Notes: generated by a model from the sequence alone, not told the origin. 64,000 bases of DNA from Bacteroidota bacterium (GCA_030692515.1 JAUXZS010000016.1:68313-132312); one strand, 5' to 3'. Shown: positions 28,124 to 38,633, numbered from the stretch's first letter. Numbers and translations are program-made.

Positions 28124-28878
28124 TGCAAAAAATATACATATTGTTTTTGCTTTTTTCTTTGAGTTTAAACGCTCAAGACAAACTTTTTTATAAAAACGGT
28201 AATGTAAAAAAGGGCTATGTTGTTTCTGTTACAAAAGAGGTAGTGTTTTTTAAAAACTCAGATACATCTATACAAACTCAACAAATTCCCAAAACAGATT
28301 TACTATTACTAGAAAATTATAAGGGCGATGTTTTTATTTTTGCAAACGATAAAAAAACAGAATCTGAAAAACCAGAAACAAAGTTGTATAAAAGAAATGC
28401 ATTAGGCGTACAACCATTTGCTGTTTTATTTGGAAGGGTTACATTAGTTTACGAACGATTTACAAAAGACAATAAAATTGGTTTTGTGTTTCCACTATCA
28501 TTAACATTTGACCCTATGGGTAGCTTATACAATTCAAGAATAGACACCAACAGAAATTCGGTTAAACGTTTAAAAGGTGTAAATTTTATTGGTGGTTTAG
28601 ATGTTAACTTTTATGTTGGTAGAAGAGAAAGCTCTAAGTTTTTTGTTGGACCAAGAATACGCTATGGCACCGATATGTTCTTAAGAGGAATAGAAGCTTA
28701 TAGTTTGCAAACTCAATTGGGTTGGAAATACAGTAATCCCAAAAAATCGATGATACAACATTTATCCTTTGGTTTTGGCTTTGTGAGAATTTTATCATCA
28801 CCGGCAGGACCTTTAATAAGTCCGAAACAATCCTACGGCTGGTATAGTATCAATTACAGAGTTGGCATTAAATGGTAA
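28123..28878 (+). CDS. hypothetical secreted protein, paralog 2 (putative outer-membrane beta-barrel)
   Basis: Signal peptide LSLNAQDKLFY, alternating hydrophobic beta pattern and a C-terminal aromatic residue (GIKW). TAATG stop/start overlap with paralog 1. Confidence 0.45.
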   Translation: MQKIYILFLLFSLSLNAQDKLFYKNGNVKKGYVVSVTKEVVFFKNSDTSIQTQQIPKTDLLLLENYKGDVFIFANDKKTESEKPETKLYKRNALGVQPFAVLFGRVTLVYERFTKDNKIGFVFPLSLTFDPMGSLYNSRIDTNRNSVKRLKGVNFIGGLDVNFYVGRRESSKFFVGPRIRYGTDMFLRGIEAYSLQTQLGWKYSNPKKSMIQHLSFGFGFVRILSSPAGPLISPKQSYGWYSINYRVGIKW

Positions 28879-29810
28879 CGCTCTTCAAATCCTTTATTGC
28901 CTTGCAAGCCGCCGCTATGAATAATTAAAACTTTCGAATTTGGTCTGATTTTATTTTTATTGATGATATCAAAAACCGCATAAAATAATTTATTGGTGTA
29001 GATATAATCTAAAGGGATATTAAATTCTTTTTCAAATTTATTTTTAAATTCAATTAATTCATTAGTCAAATTTGCATAACCGTTAAAACAATAGTTGTTG
29101 GTAATACAACTATTTTCTATTTGGAGTTTTTCTAATTCTTCATTTCCATTTATCACAAACTTTTTAGTAGTAAAAATTGATTGAAGTTTATTTAAAGCGT
29201 CATTCACTAATAAGTTTTCGCCCTTTAAAACATTTATACCAACCACTGTTTGATTTGTTTTTGCACTAGCTAAAACACCAGCGTAAGTTGCCGCAGTACC
29301 GCATGCAATAAAAATAAAATCATAATCCCACTCTGTTTTTAGAATTTCGGCGCAACCTAAAACACCTTCATCATTATTTCCACCTTCTGGAATTAAATAA
29401 TAATCACCAAATGTTTTTAATAAATAATTTGCGAAAGAAACTTCCGTTTTTTTTGAATAGGTTCCTCTATCTACAAAATGTAATAACATGCCATCTTGTT
29501 TGGCTTTTAATAAAGTAGAATTTAAATTTTGGCTTTCCTCTCCTCTAATAATACCAATACAATTTATTCCTTCTAACTTGCAAGCTGATGCAGTAGCGGC
29601 TATATGGTTTGAGAAAGCTCCGCCAAAAGTAATTACGGTTTTAAAATTTAACGCTTTAGCTTTTTCGAGATTCAGCTTTAACTTAAACCATTTGTTGCCC
29701 GAAATTTCGGGATGAATCAAATCAAGCCGTAAAACATCTACCAATAAATTTTGTTCTTCAAATAAACTTGAACTTAGCTTTTGAATTATGGGATTATAAT
29801 TAATCTTCAC
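28854..29810 (-). CDS. PLP-dependent enzyme of the ACC deaminase / D-cysteine desulfhydrase family
   Basis: SGNKWFKL (PLP-lysine context), TFGGAFSNHIAATA and IPEGGNN blocks. Confidence 0.75.
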   Translation of the reverse strand: MKINYNPIIQKLSSSLFEEQNLLVDVLRLDLIHPEISGNKWFKLKLNLEKAKALNFKTVITFGGAFSNHIAATASACKLEGINCIGIIRGEESQNLNSTLLKAKQDGMLLHFVDRGTYSKKTEVSFANYLLKTFGDYYLIPEGGNNDEGVLGCAEILKTEWDYDFIFIACGTAATYAGVLASAKTNQTVVGINVLKGENLLVNDALNKLQSIFTTKKFVINGNEELEKLQIENSCITNNYCFNGYANLTNELIEFKNKFEKEFNIPLDYIYTNKLFYAVFDIINKNKIRPNSKVLIIHSGGLQGNKGFEERYHLMPTL

Positions 29811-29830
29811 GAATTAAAAATTAATTACTA

Positions 29831-31081
29831 CTAATTCGTTTTCTCTTCCCAAATATTTACTAAATAAACAATAGTTTCAACGGCTTTTTGCATATCAAAA
29901 ACACTTACCCATTCTTGTTTGCTATGAAAAGCATGCTCTCCGGCATAAATATTAGGACAAGGCAAACCCATAAATGACAAACGAGAACCATCAGTGCCGC
30001 CTCTAATACTTGATAGAACTGGTTCAACTCCTGTTCTTTTAATTGCTTCCAAGGCGTATTCAACAACTTGCGGACAGGTTGCTAAAACATCTTTCATGTT
30101 TCTATATTGTTCTGTAACAACAAATTCGTAAGAACATTTATCGTAATGCGACAATACATCAACCGTTATCTGACGCAACTCTTCTTCTAAAGCTAAAAGT
30201 GTTGGCGTATCAAACGCACGAATAATAAATTTTATTTCAACCTCTTCTAATCCACCATTAATGCCTGTTGGATGCATAAAGGGTTGTTTTTTTTCGGTAG
30301 TTTCGGGAGTTTTTTCTTTGGGAATTTTATTTATTATTTGAGCTGCAATTTTTATTGCGTGTTGCATTTTATCTTTTGCAAAACCCGGATGTGTTGGAAA
30401 ACCTTTAATTTTGATAGTTACCCCATCCGCACTAAAGGTTTCGTTTTCAACATGGCCAAGCGTTTCGCCGTCCATTGTATATCCATAATCTGCCCCTAAT
30501 TTTTTAATATTTACTTTATCTGCGCCCCTCCCAATTTCTTCATCAGGAGTAAATAACAAACGAATTTTTCCGTGTTTAACCTCGGGGTGATTCATTAAAT
30601 AATTTGCGGCATCCATAATTTCAGCTAACCCCGCTTTATTATCTGCGCCTAATAAGGTTGTGCCATCAGCAGTAACAATATCATTTCCAATTTGCGCGGC
30701 TAGTGCAGGATGCTCATCAAAGCGAATTACTTGTGAATTATCGTTTGGTAAAACTAAATTTTGCCCTGCGTAATTTTTATGAATAACCGGATTTACATTT
30801 GTTCCACTACAATCTGGTGAAGTATCCATGTGTGAACAAAAACAAATTGTTGGAACTTTTTTTGTGGTGTTGCTTTCGATAGTTGCGTAAACATAACCAT
30901 GCTCATCCATTGCCGCATCAGAAATACCCATTTTTAATAATTCTTCTACTAAAACCTTTCCTAAGTTTTTTTGTTTTTCGGTACTCGGACAAGTGGGTGA
31001 AGTTGGATCAGATTGTGTATCTATTTTTGCGTATTTAACAAAACGCTCTGTAACTGTAAAATTATAATTTTTAAAATCCAT
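29831..31081 (-). CDS. pepT: peptidase T (tripeptide aminopeptidase, M20B)
   Basis: RFVKYAKIDTQSD...PST..Q, SHMDTSPD, GADNKAG, FTPDEEIGRGA and IRGGTDGS match PepT. Confidence 0.88.
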   Translation of the reverse strand: MDFKNYNFTVTERFVKYAKIDTQSDPTSPTCPSTEKQKNLGKVLVEELLKMGISDAAMDEHGYVYATIESNTTKKVPTICFCSHMDTSPDCSGTNVNPVIHKNYAGQNLVLPNDNSQVIRFDEHPALAAQIGNDIVTADGTTLLGADNKAGLAEIMDAANYLMNHPEVKHGKIRLLFTPDEEIGRGADKVNIKKLGADYGYTMDGETLGHVENETFSADGVTIKIKGFPTHPGFAKDKMQHAIKIAAQIINKIPKEKTPETTEKKQPFMHPTGINGGLEEVEIKFIIRAFDTPTLLALEEELRQITVDVLSHYDKCSYEFVVTEQYRNMKDVLATCPQVVEYALEAIKRTGVEPVLSSIRGGTDGSRLSFMGLPCPNIYAGEHAFHSKQEWVSVFDMQKAVETIVYLVNIWEEKTN

Positions 31082-31218
31082 GTTTTTTTTGTTAGACTTT
31101 AAAAATACTAATTAATAGAACGTTTTACAAGACTTTAAAATGCGCTATCCTTAAACGATTTAACAGTTTAAAATATGAATTACGAATTATACTTTGCAAT
31201 TTTAATAAAACTAAGATC

Positions 31219-31452
31219 ATGAATAAATTCAGACATTTAATTGGAATTACATTTGTTTTGTTACTTGTGTTATCTGTTTCTTGTAATAGTGAACCGCCAA
31301 AAAAATGTGATGGTTCATTTGAGGTTAGTCCGACAAAAGATACAGTTAATAGAATAGACTGTGATGGCAAGCAAGGAATATGGGTTCCAAGACCATCAAA
31401 TAAATTAACAGATACACTTTATTACAAGAATGATATTTTGGTTACAGAATAA
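31219..31452 (+). CDS. small hypothetical lipoprotein
   Basis: 77 aa with lipobox LSVSC. Preferred over the overlapping antisense ORF 31125-31370, which has no signal or motif. Confidence 0.35.
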   Translation: MNKFRHLIGITFVLLLVLSVSCNSEPPKKCDGSFEVSPTKDTVNRIDCDGKQGIWVPRPSNKLTDTLYYKNDILVTE

Positions 31453-32697
31453 TTAAGCCACTTTCAGTTGATTTAATTTTGCTTTTTTTAATTTATCTAA
31501 AGCATAATCTAAAGTAACCGTAAACTGTTTAACAGGTTTTTCTTCGCTTGGCAAAGTGTACATAATGTCTGTCATGATGGCTTCGCACAAACCTCTTAAA
31601 CCACGAGCGCCTAATTTAAATTCAAGTGCTTTATCTACAATTAAATCTAAAACTTCGTCATCGATATCTAATTTAGTGCCTTCCATTTTAAACAACTGCT
31701 TGTATTGTTTAATTAATGCATTTTTTGGATCCGTTAAAATTTGACGTAAAGCACTTCTATCTAAAGGCTTTAAATAAGTAAGCACAGGAAGTCTTCCAAT
31801 TAATTCAGGAATTAATCCAAAAGCTTTTAAATCTTGAGGAGAAACATATTGTAATAAATTTCCTTTATCATAGTCTTCTTCATTTATAGAAGAAGCATAA
31901 CCAACTGCTTGCGTGTTTAAGCGTTGTGCAATTTTCTTTTCGATACCATCAAAAGCACCACCACAAATAAATAAAATATTTTTTGTGTTAACGGCAATCA
32001 TTTTTGCATCAGGATGTTTTCTGCCACCTTGTGGTGGAACGTTAACAATTGTGCCTTCTAATAACTTTAACATTGCTTGCTGAACACCTTCGCCACTAAC
32101 ATCACGAGTAATAGAAGGATTATCACTTTTACGTGCAATTTTATCCAGCTCATCAATAAATACAATTCCCTTTTCTGCAGCGGCCACATCATAATCTGCA
32201 GCTTGTAATAAGCGCGTTAAAATACTTTCCACATCTTCTCCAACATAGCCCGCCTCTGTAAGCACGGTTGCATCGGCAATACAGAAAGGAACGTTTAACA
32301 TGGTTGCTATTGTGCGCGCTAATAATGTTTTACCTGTTCCGGTTTCTCCAACTAAAATTAAATTGGATTTATCTATTTCAATTTCTTCTTTGTTATTTTT
32401 TGCAACGTGTGCTATTCTTTTAAAGTGATTATACACTGCAACCGATAATACTTTTTTTGCATCATCTTGCCCAATCACATATTCATCTAATTTTTCTTTT
32501 ATTGCTAAAGGCTTCAATAAATTTAAAGCTTGCTGGAGTTGTTGTTTTTGCTCCCCCATAGCTTCTTCTTTAATTAAAGTATAAGCTTGGTTAATGCAAT
32601 TATCACAGATGTGTCCGTTAACACCTGCAATTAAAATCTTCGCCTCTTTTTTATCTCTTCCGCACATTGAGCAGCGTAGAGTTGTATCTTTTGCCAT
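31453..32697 (-). CDS. clpX: ATP-dependent Clp protease ATP-binding subunit ClpX
   Basis: N-terminal zinc ribbon CSMCGR...CDNC, Walker A GETGTGKT, Walker [10 protein letters not shown], and the IGF-like loop [12 protein letters not shown]. Confidence 0.93.
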   Translation of the reverse strand: MAKDTTLRCSMCGRDKKEAKILIAGVNGHICDNCINQAYTLIKEEAMGEQKQQLQQALNLLKPLAIKEKLDEYVIGQDDAKKVLSVAVYNHFKRIAHVAKNNKEEIEIDKSNLILVGETGTGKTLLARTIATMLNVPFCIADATVLTEAGYVGEDVESILTRLLQAADYDVAAAEKGIVFIDELDKIARKSDNPSITRDVSGEGVQQAMLKLLEGTIVNVPPQGGRKHPDAKMIAVNTKNILFICGGAFDGIEKKIAQRLNTQAVGYASSINEEDYDKGNLLQYVSPQDLKAFGLIPELIGRLPVLTYLKPLDRSALRQILTDPKNALIKQYKQLFKMEGTKLDIDDEVLDLIVDKALEFKLGARGLRGLCEAIMTDIMYTLPSEEKPVKQFTVTLDYALDKLKKAKLNQLKVA

Positions 32698-32742
32698 TAT
32701 ATAAAATTAAATAGTTCTAAAATTTAGAATAGGTTTTTGATA

Positions 32743-33135
32743 TTACTTATCAAAATATTTTTTCATGTAAGTGAAGTAATGTTCTTTCCAACCCTTTTTA
32801 TAATTCTCTCCTTGATCATCAGGAATATTAGTATGAGTAATTGTTAGAAGAGTATGACCATCTTTGTAAGTGAAAAATAATTCAATGAGCGAATCTTCAT
32901 CTGTTTCTGCAAAATCAGTTGTGCGCCATTTTTGAATTATTCTTTTGTGAGGAAATATTTCAACATTTGTCCCTGTTATATAACCATCCCAAGCAGAAAA
33001 CTCCCCTCCTTCGTTTGGACTCGTTTTTGCCTCTGCTCCACCTGTAAATTCCGAATGTAATTTGTTATCCAGCCACCCTGAAAATACTTCCTTTGGTGTG
33101 CAGTTTAATTTTACTGATACTTTAATTTTTTCCAC
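32743..33135 (-). CDS. SRPBCC-superfamily protein (AHSA1/START-like)
   Basis: 130 aa. The pattern W....LHSEFTGG.A......GG.F.AWDGYI.G.......KRI.Q.WR resembles AHSA1-type SRPBCC proteins. Confidence 0.55.
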   Translation of the reverse strand: MEKIKVSVKLNCTPKEVFSGWLDNKLHSEFTGGAEAKTSPNEGGEFSAWDGYITGTNVEIFPHKRIIQKWRTTDFAETDEDSLIELFFTYKDGHTLLTITHTNIPDDQGENYKKGWKEHYFTYMKKYFDK

Positions 33136-33148
33136 TTCACGTATATTT

Positions 33149-35104
33149 TTATGCTTGATTCTTTATTTTTTGTTTTTTGTCCTTTAATATTTCTTTCACT
33201 GCTTCTGCAATTTTACTTGGAGAAAATCCGCACTCTTCATATAACTCCATTGGCTCGCCATGTTCAATAAAATTATCTGGAATACCTAATCGAACTAATT
33301 GCGCAGAATAATTATTATCGGCCATAAATTCTAAAATAGCACTTCCCATTCCACCCATTATACAACCATCTTCAACTGTAATTACTTTTTTATATTTACT
33401 AAACACTTCGTGCAATAAATTTTCATCAATAGGTTTAACAAAACGCATATCATAATGCGCCGCATCAATACCTTCTTCTTTTAGTTGCTCTAAGGCTTTT
33501 GTAACTAAATTTCCAGGGTGACCAATTGAAAGAATAGCAACTTCTTTACCATCTTTTATTTTTCTTCCAGTACCAACTTCTATTTTCTTAAATGGTGTTT
33601 TCCAATCTACCATCACACCTTGTCCACGAGGATAACGAATACTAAACGGACCTTTTACTTCGTCCAATTGCGCAGTGTACATTAAATTTCTTAGTTCCTC
33701 TTCATTCATAGGTGCGCTCACAATCATATTGGGAATGCAACGAAAATAAGCTAAATCAAAAGCTCCGTGATGCGTTGGTCCATCTGCGCCGGCCAATCCA
33801 CCTCTATCTAAACAAAAAATAACTTTTAAATTTTGTAGGGCAACATCGTGTAAAACTTGGTCGTATGCACGCTGCATAAACGAAGAATAAATATTGCAAT
33901 AAGGAATTAAGCCTTGCGTGGCTAAACCAGCACTAAAAGTAACTGCGTGTTGCTCAGCAATACCAACATCAAAAGCTCTATCAGGCATAGCTTTCATCAT
34001 AATGTTTAATGAACAACCTGAAGGCATTGCTGGTGTAATACCAGTTATTTTTAAATTCTTTTCTGCTAACTCCACCATCGTGTGCCCAAATACATCTTGG
34101 TATTTTGGAGGCTGTGGTGTTTTAGGAATTACTTTTATAATCTCGCCGGTTTCTTTATTAAACAAACCCGGAGAGTGCCATACAGTTTCATTTCCTTCTT
34201 CACTAAATTTATATCCTTTACCTTTTTTTGTTAAAACATGTAATATTTTTGGGCCAGGAATATCTTTTAAATCAGCTAATACTTTTGTTAAGCGAACAAC
34301 ATCATGCCCATCAACAGGTCCAAAATAACGAAACTTTAGAGATTCGAATAAATTACTTTGTTTTAGTAAAGAAGTTTTTATAGCATTTTCAACCTTGCTG
34401 GCAATGTCCTGCGCGTTAGGACCAAATTTGCTAATTTTCCCTAACAACTCCCAAATTTTATCTTTTGCTTTATTGTAGGTGTGAGAAGTAGTAATATCGG
34501 TTAAATATTCTTTTAAAGCACCAACATTTGGGTCGATACTCATGCAATTATCGTTTAAAATAACCAGCAAATTAGCATTTTCTACACCCGCATGATTTAA
34601 TCCTTCAAAAGCCAGGCCAGCTGTCATAGATCCATCGCCGATAACAGCAATGTGGTTTTTATCATTTAATTTTTTGTATTTGCTGGCAACAGCCATTCCC
34701 AGTGCGGCACTAATAGAAGTAGATGAGTGACCAACACCAAATGTATCATATTCGCTCTCGCTACGCTTTGGAAAACCACTTAGTCCTTTATAAACACGGT
34801 TTGTATGAAACACATCTCTGCGACCCGTTAAAATTTTATGTCCGTAGGCTTGATGACCAACATCCCAAACTAATTGGTCGTATGGTGTATTAAAAATATA
34901 ATGGAGGGCAACGGTTAATTCAACAACACCTAAAGAGGCGCCAAAGTGACCGCCTTTAACGGAGACTAAATCGATGATATATTGGCGAAGTTCAGCACTG
35001 ATTTGTTCTAACTGATTTTCGTTTAACTTTTTTAAGTCGGCAGGCGAATTTATTTTAGCGAGTAATTCTCCTGGAATAAAGCCTGAACCTTTTACAATTT
35101 CCAT
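33149..35104 (-). CDS. dxs: 1-deoxy-D-xylulose-5-phosphate synthase
   Basis: GGHFGASLGVVELTVALH, VWDVGHQAYGHKILTGR, IGDGSMTAGLAFEGLNH, DVGIAEQHAVTF and GADGPTHHG. Confidence 0.93.
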   Translation of the reverse strand: MEIVKGSGFIPGELLAKINSPADLKKLNENQLEQISAELRQYIIDLVSVKGGHFGASLGVVELTVALHYIFNTPYDQLVWDVGHQAYGHKILTGRRDVFHTNRVYKGLSGFPKRSESEYDTFGVGHSSTSISAALGMAVASKYKKLNDKNHIAVIGDGSMTAGLAFEGLNHAGVENANLLVILNDNCMSIDPNVGALKEYLTDITTSHTYNKAKDKIWELLGKISKFGPNAQDIASKVENAIKTSLLKQSNLFESLKFRYFGPVDGHDVVRLTKVLADLKDIPGPKILHVLTKKGKGYKFSEEGNETVWHSPGLFNKETGEIIKVIPKTPQPPKYQDVFGHTMVELAEKNLKITGITPAMPSGCSLNIMMKAMPDRAFDVGIAEQHAVTFSAGLATQGLIPYCNIYSSFMQRAYDQVLHDVALQNLKVIFCLDRGGLAGADGPTHHGAFDLAYFRCIPNMIVSAPMNEEELRNLMYTAQLDEVKGPFSIRYPRGQGVMVDWKTPFKKIEVGTGRKIKDGKEVAILSIGHPGNLVTKALEQLKEEGIDAAHYDMRFVKPIDENLLHEVFSKYKKVITVEDGCIMGGMGSAILEFMADNNYSAQLVRLGIPDNFIEHGEPMELYEECGFSPSKIAEAVKEILKDKKQKIKNQA

Positions 35105-35252
35105 TAATACAAATATAAAAAAATTAATTTAAAATTTAACGTTAAAACCCTCCATGATATTACTCATAGCTTATACTTATTAACGTTTTTTCGCCGTAAT
35201 AGTTTAAAAAGACGATTAATGGTTTTTTATCGTCAATAGCTGATGACTAAAT

Positions 35253-35287
35253 AAAAAAAACTGTAAGATTTAACTTACAGTTTTTTT
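35253..35287 (-). terminator. intrinsic terminator after the TPR/TolB-like gene
   Basis: CTGTAAG-ATTTAA-CTTACAG stem-loop with A8 upstream and T7 downstream. It lies 13 nt past the stop at 35300. Confidence 0.7.
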
Positions 35288-35299
35288 AATTAAATGAAA

Positions 35300-36937
35300 T
35301 TATTTCTTTAGTAAAAATCCTTTTTCAAGCGAGATAGTTTCTTTATCGCTTTGTTTAAGTTCAATGTTTTCGGAAATTTCTTTAAATCCTTTTTTGTTGA
35401 TGGTGATTTTATAATTACCGCCTTTTAAGGTGAAAAAATATTCGCCGTTTTCATTGGTGTTAGTTGAAGAAATTTCAGCACCTGAAGCATCAGTTAAAAC
35501 TACAGCCACATCCGGTAAACCATAACCTTCGTAGCCATCACGTATTGTTCCTTTTAAAATACTAAGACCATTACTCGTTTTCTTTTTTCCATCTTTTTCA
35601 AGAATAGCATAGTCTTTTAAATTAATTTTATAAATATCGCTTCCACCTAAACCACCACCGCGATTACTCGAAACATAAGCAAATTTTGCGTCTGCGCTAA
35701 TTGTTAATTGTCCTTCTTTTGAAACACTATTAATTGGGTAGCCTAAATTAACTGGTGTTGACCATTTTCCACCTTCAAATACGGTTTTAAACACATCATA
35801 ACTCCCCATACTTTCTGGTCGATCAGAGCAAAAGAACAATGTTTTACCATCAGGAGCTAAAAACATTCCTGCCTCATCAAATGTTGTGTTCACCTCCGAA
35901 CCAAGATTTTCAGGCTTGCCCCATTCTTTTTTATTTATGCGCTGTACCATCCAAATATCGCTACGACCAAAGCCTCCTGGCCTTTCGCTTGTAAAAAAAT
36001 ATTTTTTGCCATCAGGGGAAACACAGGCGCCTCCTTCCCAATAGCTAGAGGCAATTGGCTTACCCATAGGCTCAGGAGTTCTCCATTTACCATTATTTAC
36101 TTTACTAACAAATACATCTCCTCCTCGAGAGTTTTTATCATTGATATCATTTTTATAAATAAAAATTTGTTTTCCATCGGCAGAAATACTCGTAACAGCG
36201 TCATGAGCCTTTGTATTTATAGACCCTGGGACTTCAGAAGCTTTTCCAAAACCCTTTGTTAACGAATCATAATTTGCAATATATATATCTTCAAAATAAT
36301 TACCATCACCCTCAGCATCAACTTCTGAGGCTGTGGTTTCGGGTCGTCTAGTCGTAAAAACCAATTTACTGCCATCTGCTGTTATACATGGATTTTTATC
36401 ATCATAAACGCTATTAATATCAGAACCTAAATTAATTACTTCAACATCCAAAGGACTAGCCGCCATAGCTTTTGCATTTTGAGCTTGTTTTAGAAAAATA
36501 TCTGCGTCCTCAACACTTTCTTTGTTTTGCTTAGGGGCCGTTTTAAATTCAGTAAATTCTTCAATAGCTTTGTCGAAATCACTTTCTGAATGCGCAATTT
36601 TCCCTAAAATTAAATGATTTTCTGGTTTAACAATTGAGTTTGCATCTATGCTTTTTAAAAGAAATTCTTTTGCTTTATCAATTTGATTTAAATTGTAGTA
36701 ACAAAATCCTATATAATGTAAAACAGAGGCATCTTTCGGATTATTTTTTTCCACTTCACGATAGGTGTTTAATGCCCCAACATAATCCCCAGCATACATT
36801 TTTTGTTTTGCAAGAATCATTTTTGCAGCATCGCCAGCATCAGTAAATACATTTGTTTTTTTATCTTTTTTTGTAGTCTCATCTTGACCAAAAGATGCAA
36901 TTGAAAGTGCTAAGAATAGAATTAAAAATTTCTTCAT
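35300..36937 (-). CDS. secreted TPR plus TolB-like (PD40 beta-propeller) plus carboxypeptidase-regulatory-like domain protein
   Basis: Signal peptide and N-terminal TPRs. Repeated PD40-like units (ADGKQIFIY, PDGKKYFFTSERPGG, PDGKTLFFCSDR, ADAKFAYVSSNR). C-terminal GTIRD...V.L.D..G......TNENGEYFF. Confidence 0.6.
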   Translation of the reverse strand: MKKFLILFLALSIASFGQDETTKKDKKTNVFTDAGDAAKMILAKQKMYAGDYVGALNTYREVEKNNPKDASVLHYIGFCYYNLNQIDKAKEFLLKSIDANSIVKPENHLILGKIAHSESDFDKAIEEFTEFKTAPKQNKESVEDADIFLKQAQNAKAMAASPLDVEVINLGSDINSVYDDKNPCITADGSKLVFTTRRPETTASEVDAEGDGNYFEDIYIANYDSLTKGFGKASEVPGSINTKAHDAVTSISADGKQIFIYKNDINDKNSRGGDVFVSKVNNGKWRTPEPMGKPIASSYWEGGACVSPDGKKYFFTSERPGGFGRSDIWMVQRINKKEWGKPENLGSEVNTTFDEAGMFLAPDGKTLFFCSDRPESMGSYDVFKTVFEGGKWSTPVNLGYPINSVSKEGQLTISADAKFAYVSSNRGGGLGGSDIYKINLKDYAILEKDGKKKTSNGLSILKGTIRDGYEGYGLPDVAVVLTDASGAEISSTNTNENGEYFFTLKGGNYKITINKKGFKEISENIELKQSDKETISLEKGFLLKK

Positions 36938-37022
36938 AATAATTAAATTGTAATGAAATCTAAAATACGATTAAATTTTAAGATAGATTACACTTTTTAG
37001 GAAAGTTTTTCTAACTTTACTT

Positions 37023-38633
37023 ATGAAATTAATTCAACGACTATTTTTAACTTGTTTTTTAGTGTGCATTTATACTGCAACAACAAAAGCGCAGTCTCCA
37101 TCTTGGGCGCAAGACATTGCCCCAATATTATATTCAAATTGTACAAGTTGTCATCATACTGGCGGCTTAGCGCCTAACTCCTTAATGACGTTTACAGATG
37201 CGTTTAATTATAGATTTATGATTAAACAATATGTAGATAATAACTCTATGCCACCATGGCCGCCAGATGCGCAATACAAGCACCTAGCATTTGAGCGCAT
37301 ACTTTCTGCCTCCGACAAAAATAAAATTAGCCAATGGGTTTTAGGTGGCGGACAGCAAGGAAATGCCGCTTCTGCGCCAACACCACCCACCTACACCAAC
37401 AGTACTACCCAATTAAGTTCAATTGATTTTACTGGAAAAATGCAAAATTATATGGTTAATACTGCAAGCGACCTTTATCGTTGCTTCATTATTAATACCA
37501 ATTTTTCGGTAGATAAATTTGCAGCTGAAATTGAAGTAATACCGGGAAATTCAGCCATAGTGCATCACGTTTTAGTTTTTGAAGATACCACCGCGTTAAT
37601 AAAACAAAAAGATAGCGCCGATGCGGGCGCAGGATACACTTCTTTTTTTGGGACAGGTAGCAACGACTCGAGATTAATTGGAGAGTGGGTTCCAGGAACT
37701 GCACCTATAAAATTTCCTAATTTAATGGGTGTTAGATTAAGAAAAAATACCAGAATCGTATTACAAATTCATTATCCACAAGGAACTTATTTAAAATTAG
37801 ATAGTACAAGGGTTAATATAAAATTTGCCGCTAATACTGCATCGCCATTTTTTAGAGAAGTTTTTTTAGCTCCATTACTAGCTGAAAGCAATCTAATTAA
37901 CGGGCCTCTTTCTATTCCTCCGAATGTAGTAAAAACTTTCACTTCCGTTATGACTGTTACTACAACAGTAACGCTTCCTTATCCTGCTATAACATTACTA
38001 TCCATTGCGCCACACATGCATTTAATTGGGGACAAAATGAAAGTTTTTGGGCTTGAAAATTCTACAAACGATACCATGCCTTTAATTAATATTCCAAAGT
38101 GGGATTTTAAATGGCAGGGTATTTATAATTTCAGAAACCCCATCAAAGTGCCATTGGGTAGTAAATTAGTTTGTCAATCCGCATACGATAATCGTTCAAG
38201 CAATTTAAATAATCCAAACTCTCCACCTATTACAGTTAATCAAGGTGAATCAACATCTGATGAAATGAATTTAGTATTTTTTGCATTTACTTATTATTTT
38301 CCTGGTGACGAGGATATTATAATAGATAATTCGCCAGTTGTTGGGATAAACGAGCTACAAAAAAGTATTGTAAATACTGTGCAATTATTTAATGTATTTC
38401 CAAATCCAGCAAAAAACCAAGCGCAATTAAATTATTTTGCGCCATCAAATTATTTAGCAAAGGCTAAAATCATTAATATGGAAGGTAAGATTTTGAAGGA
38501 GTGGCCTACTAATATGCAAGAAGGTTATGGCGCAATTAATTTAAATATTGAAGGATTACCTAAGGGCCAATATTTTTTAACTATAGAAACAAAATCATTT
38601 ACAAAAACAAAACAATTTATTATTTATGAATAA
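37023..38633 (+). CDS. secreted copper type II monooxygenase-like protein (PHM/DBH fold) with N-terminal CxxCH cytochrome-c-like module and T9SS C-terminal sorting domain
   Basis: Signal peptide, then CTSCHH...MPPWPP. PHM-like ligand blocks AIVHHVLVFE, VLQIHYP, APHMHLIG and STSDEMNLVFF. C-terminal FPNPAKNQAQL...GQYFLTIET Por/T9SS domain. Confidence 0.7.
   Translation: MKLIQRLFLTCFLVCIYTATTKAQSPSWAQDIAPILYSNCTSCHHTGGLAPNSLMTFTDAFNYRFMIKQYVDNNSMPPWPPDAQYKHLAFERILSASDKNKISQWVLGGGQQGNAASAPTPPTYTNSTTQLSSIDFTGKMQNYMVNTASDLYRCFIINTNFSVDKFAAEIEVIPGNSAIVHHVLVFEDTTALIKQKDSADAGAGYTSFFGTGSNDSRLIGEWVPGTAPIKFPNLMGVRLRKNTRIVLQIHYPQGTYLKLDSTRVNIKFAANTASPFFREVFLAPLLAESNLINGPLSIPPNVVKTFTSVMTVTTTVTLPYPAITLLSIAPHMHLIGDKMKVFGLENSTNDTMPLINIPKWDFKWQGIYNFRNPIKVPLGSKLVCQSAYDNRSSNLNNPNSPPITVNQGESTSDEMNLVFFAFTYYFPGDEDIIIDNSPVVGINELQKSIVNTVQLFNVFPNPAKNQAQLNYFAPSNYLAKAKIINMEGKILKEWPTNMQEGYGAINLNIEGLPKGQYFLTIETKSFTKTKQFIIYE

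Noticed and set aside
28854-28878. A 25-nt convergent overlap of the paralog-2 gene and the ACC-deaminase-family gene, plus the 0-2-nt convergent junctions at 531/533, 7804/7807 and 31452/31453.
   Set aside because: These are consistent with a compact genome. The overlaps involve only stop-proximal codons, and I see no hairpin or shared motif. I note them as genome compaction rather than as a feature.
31125-31370. An 81-aa minus-strand ORF overlapping the small lipoprotein gene.
   Set aside because: The plus-strand ORF (31219-31452) has a proper lipoprotein signal peptide, and the minus-strand one has no features. Only one of the two can reasonably be real.
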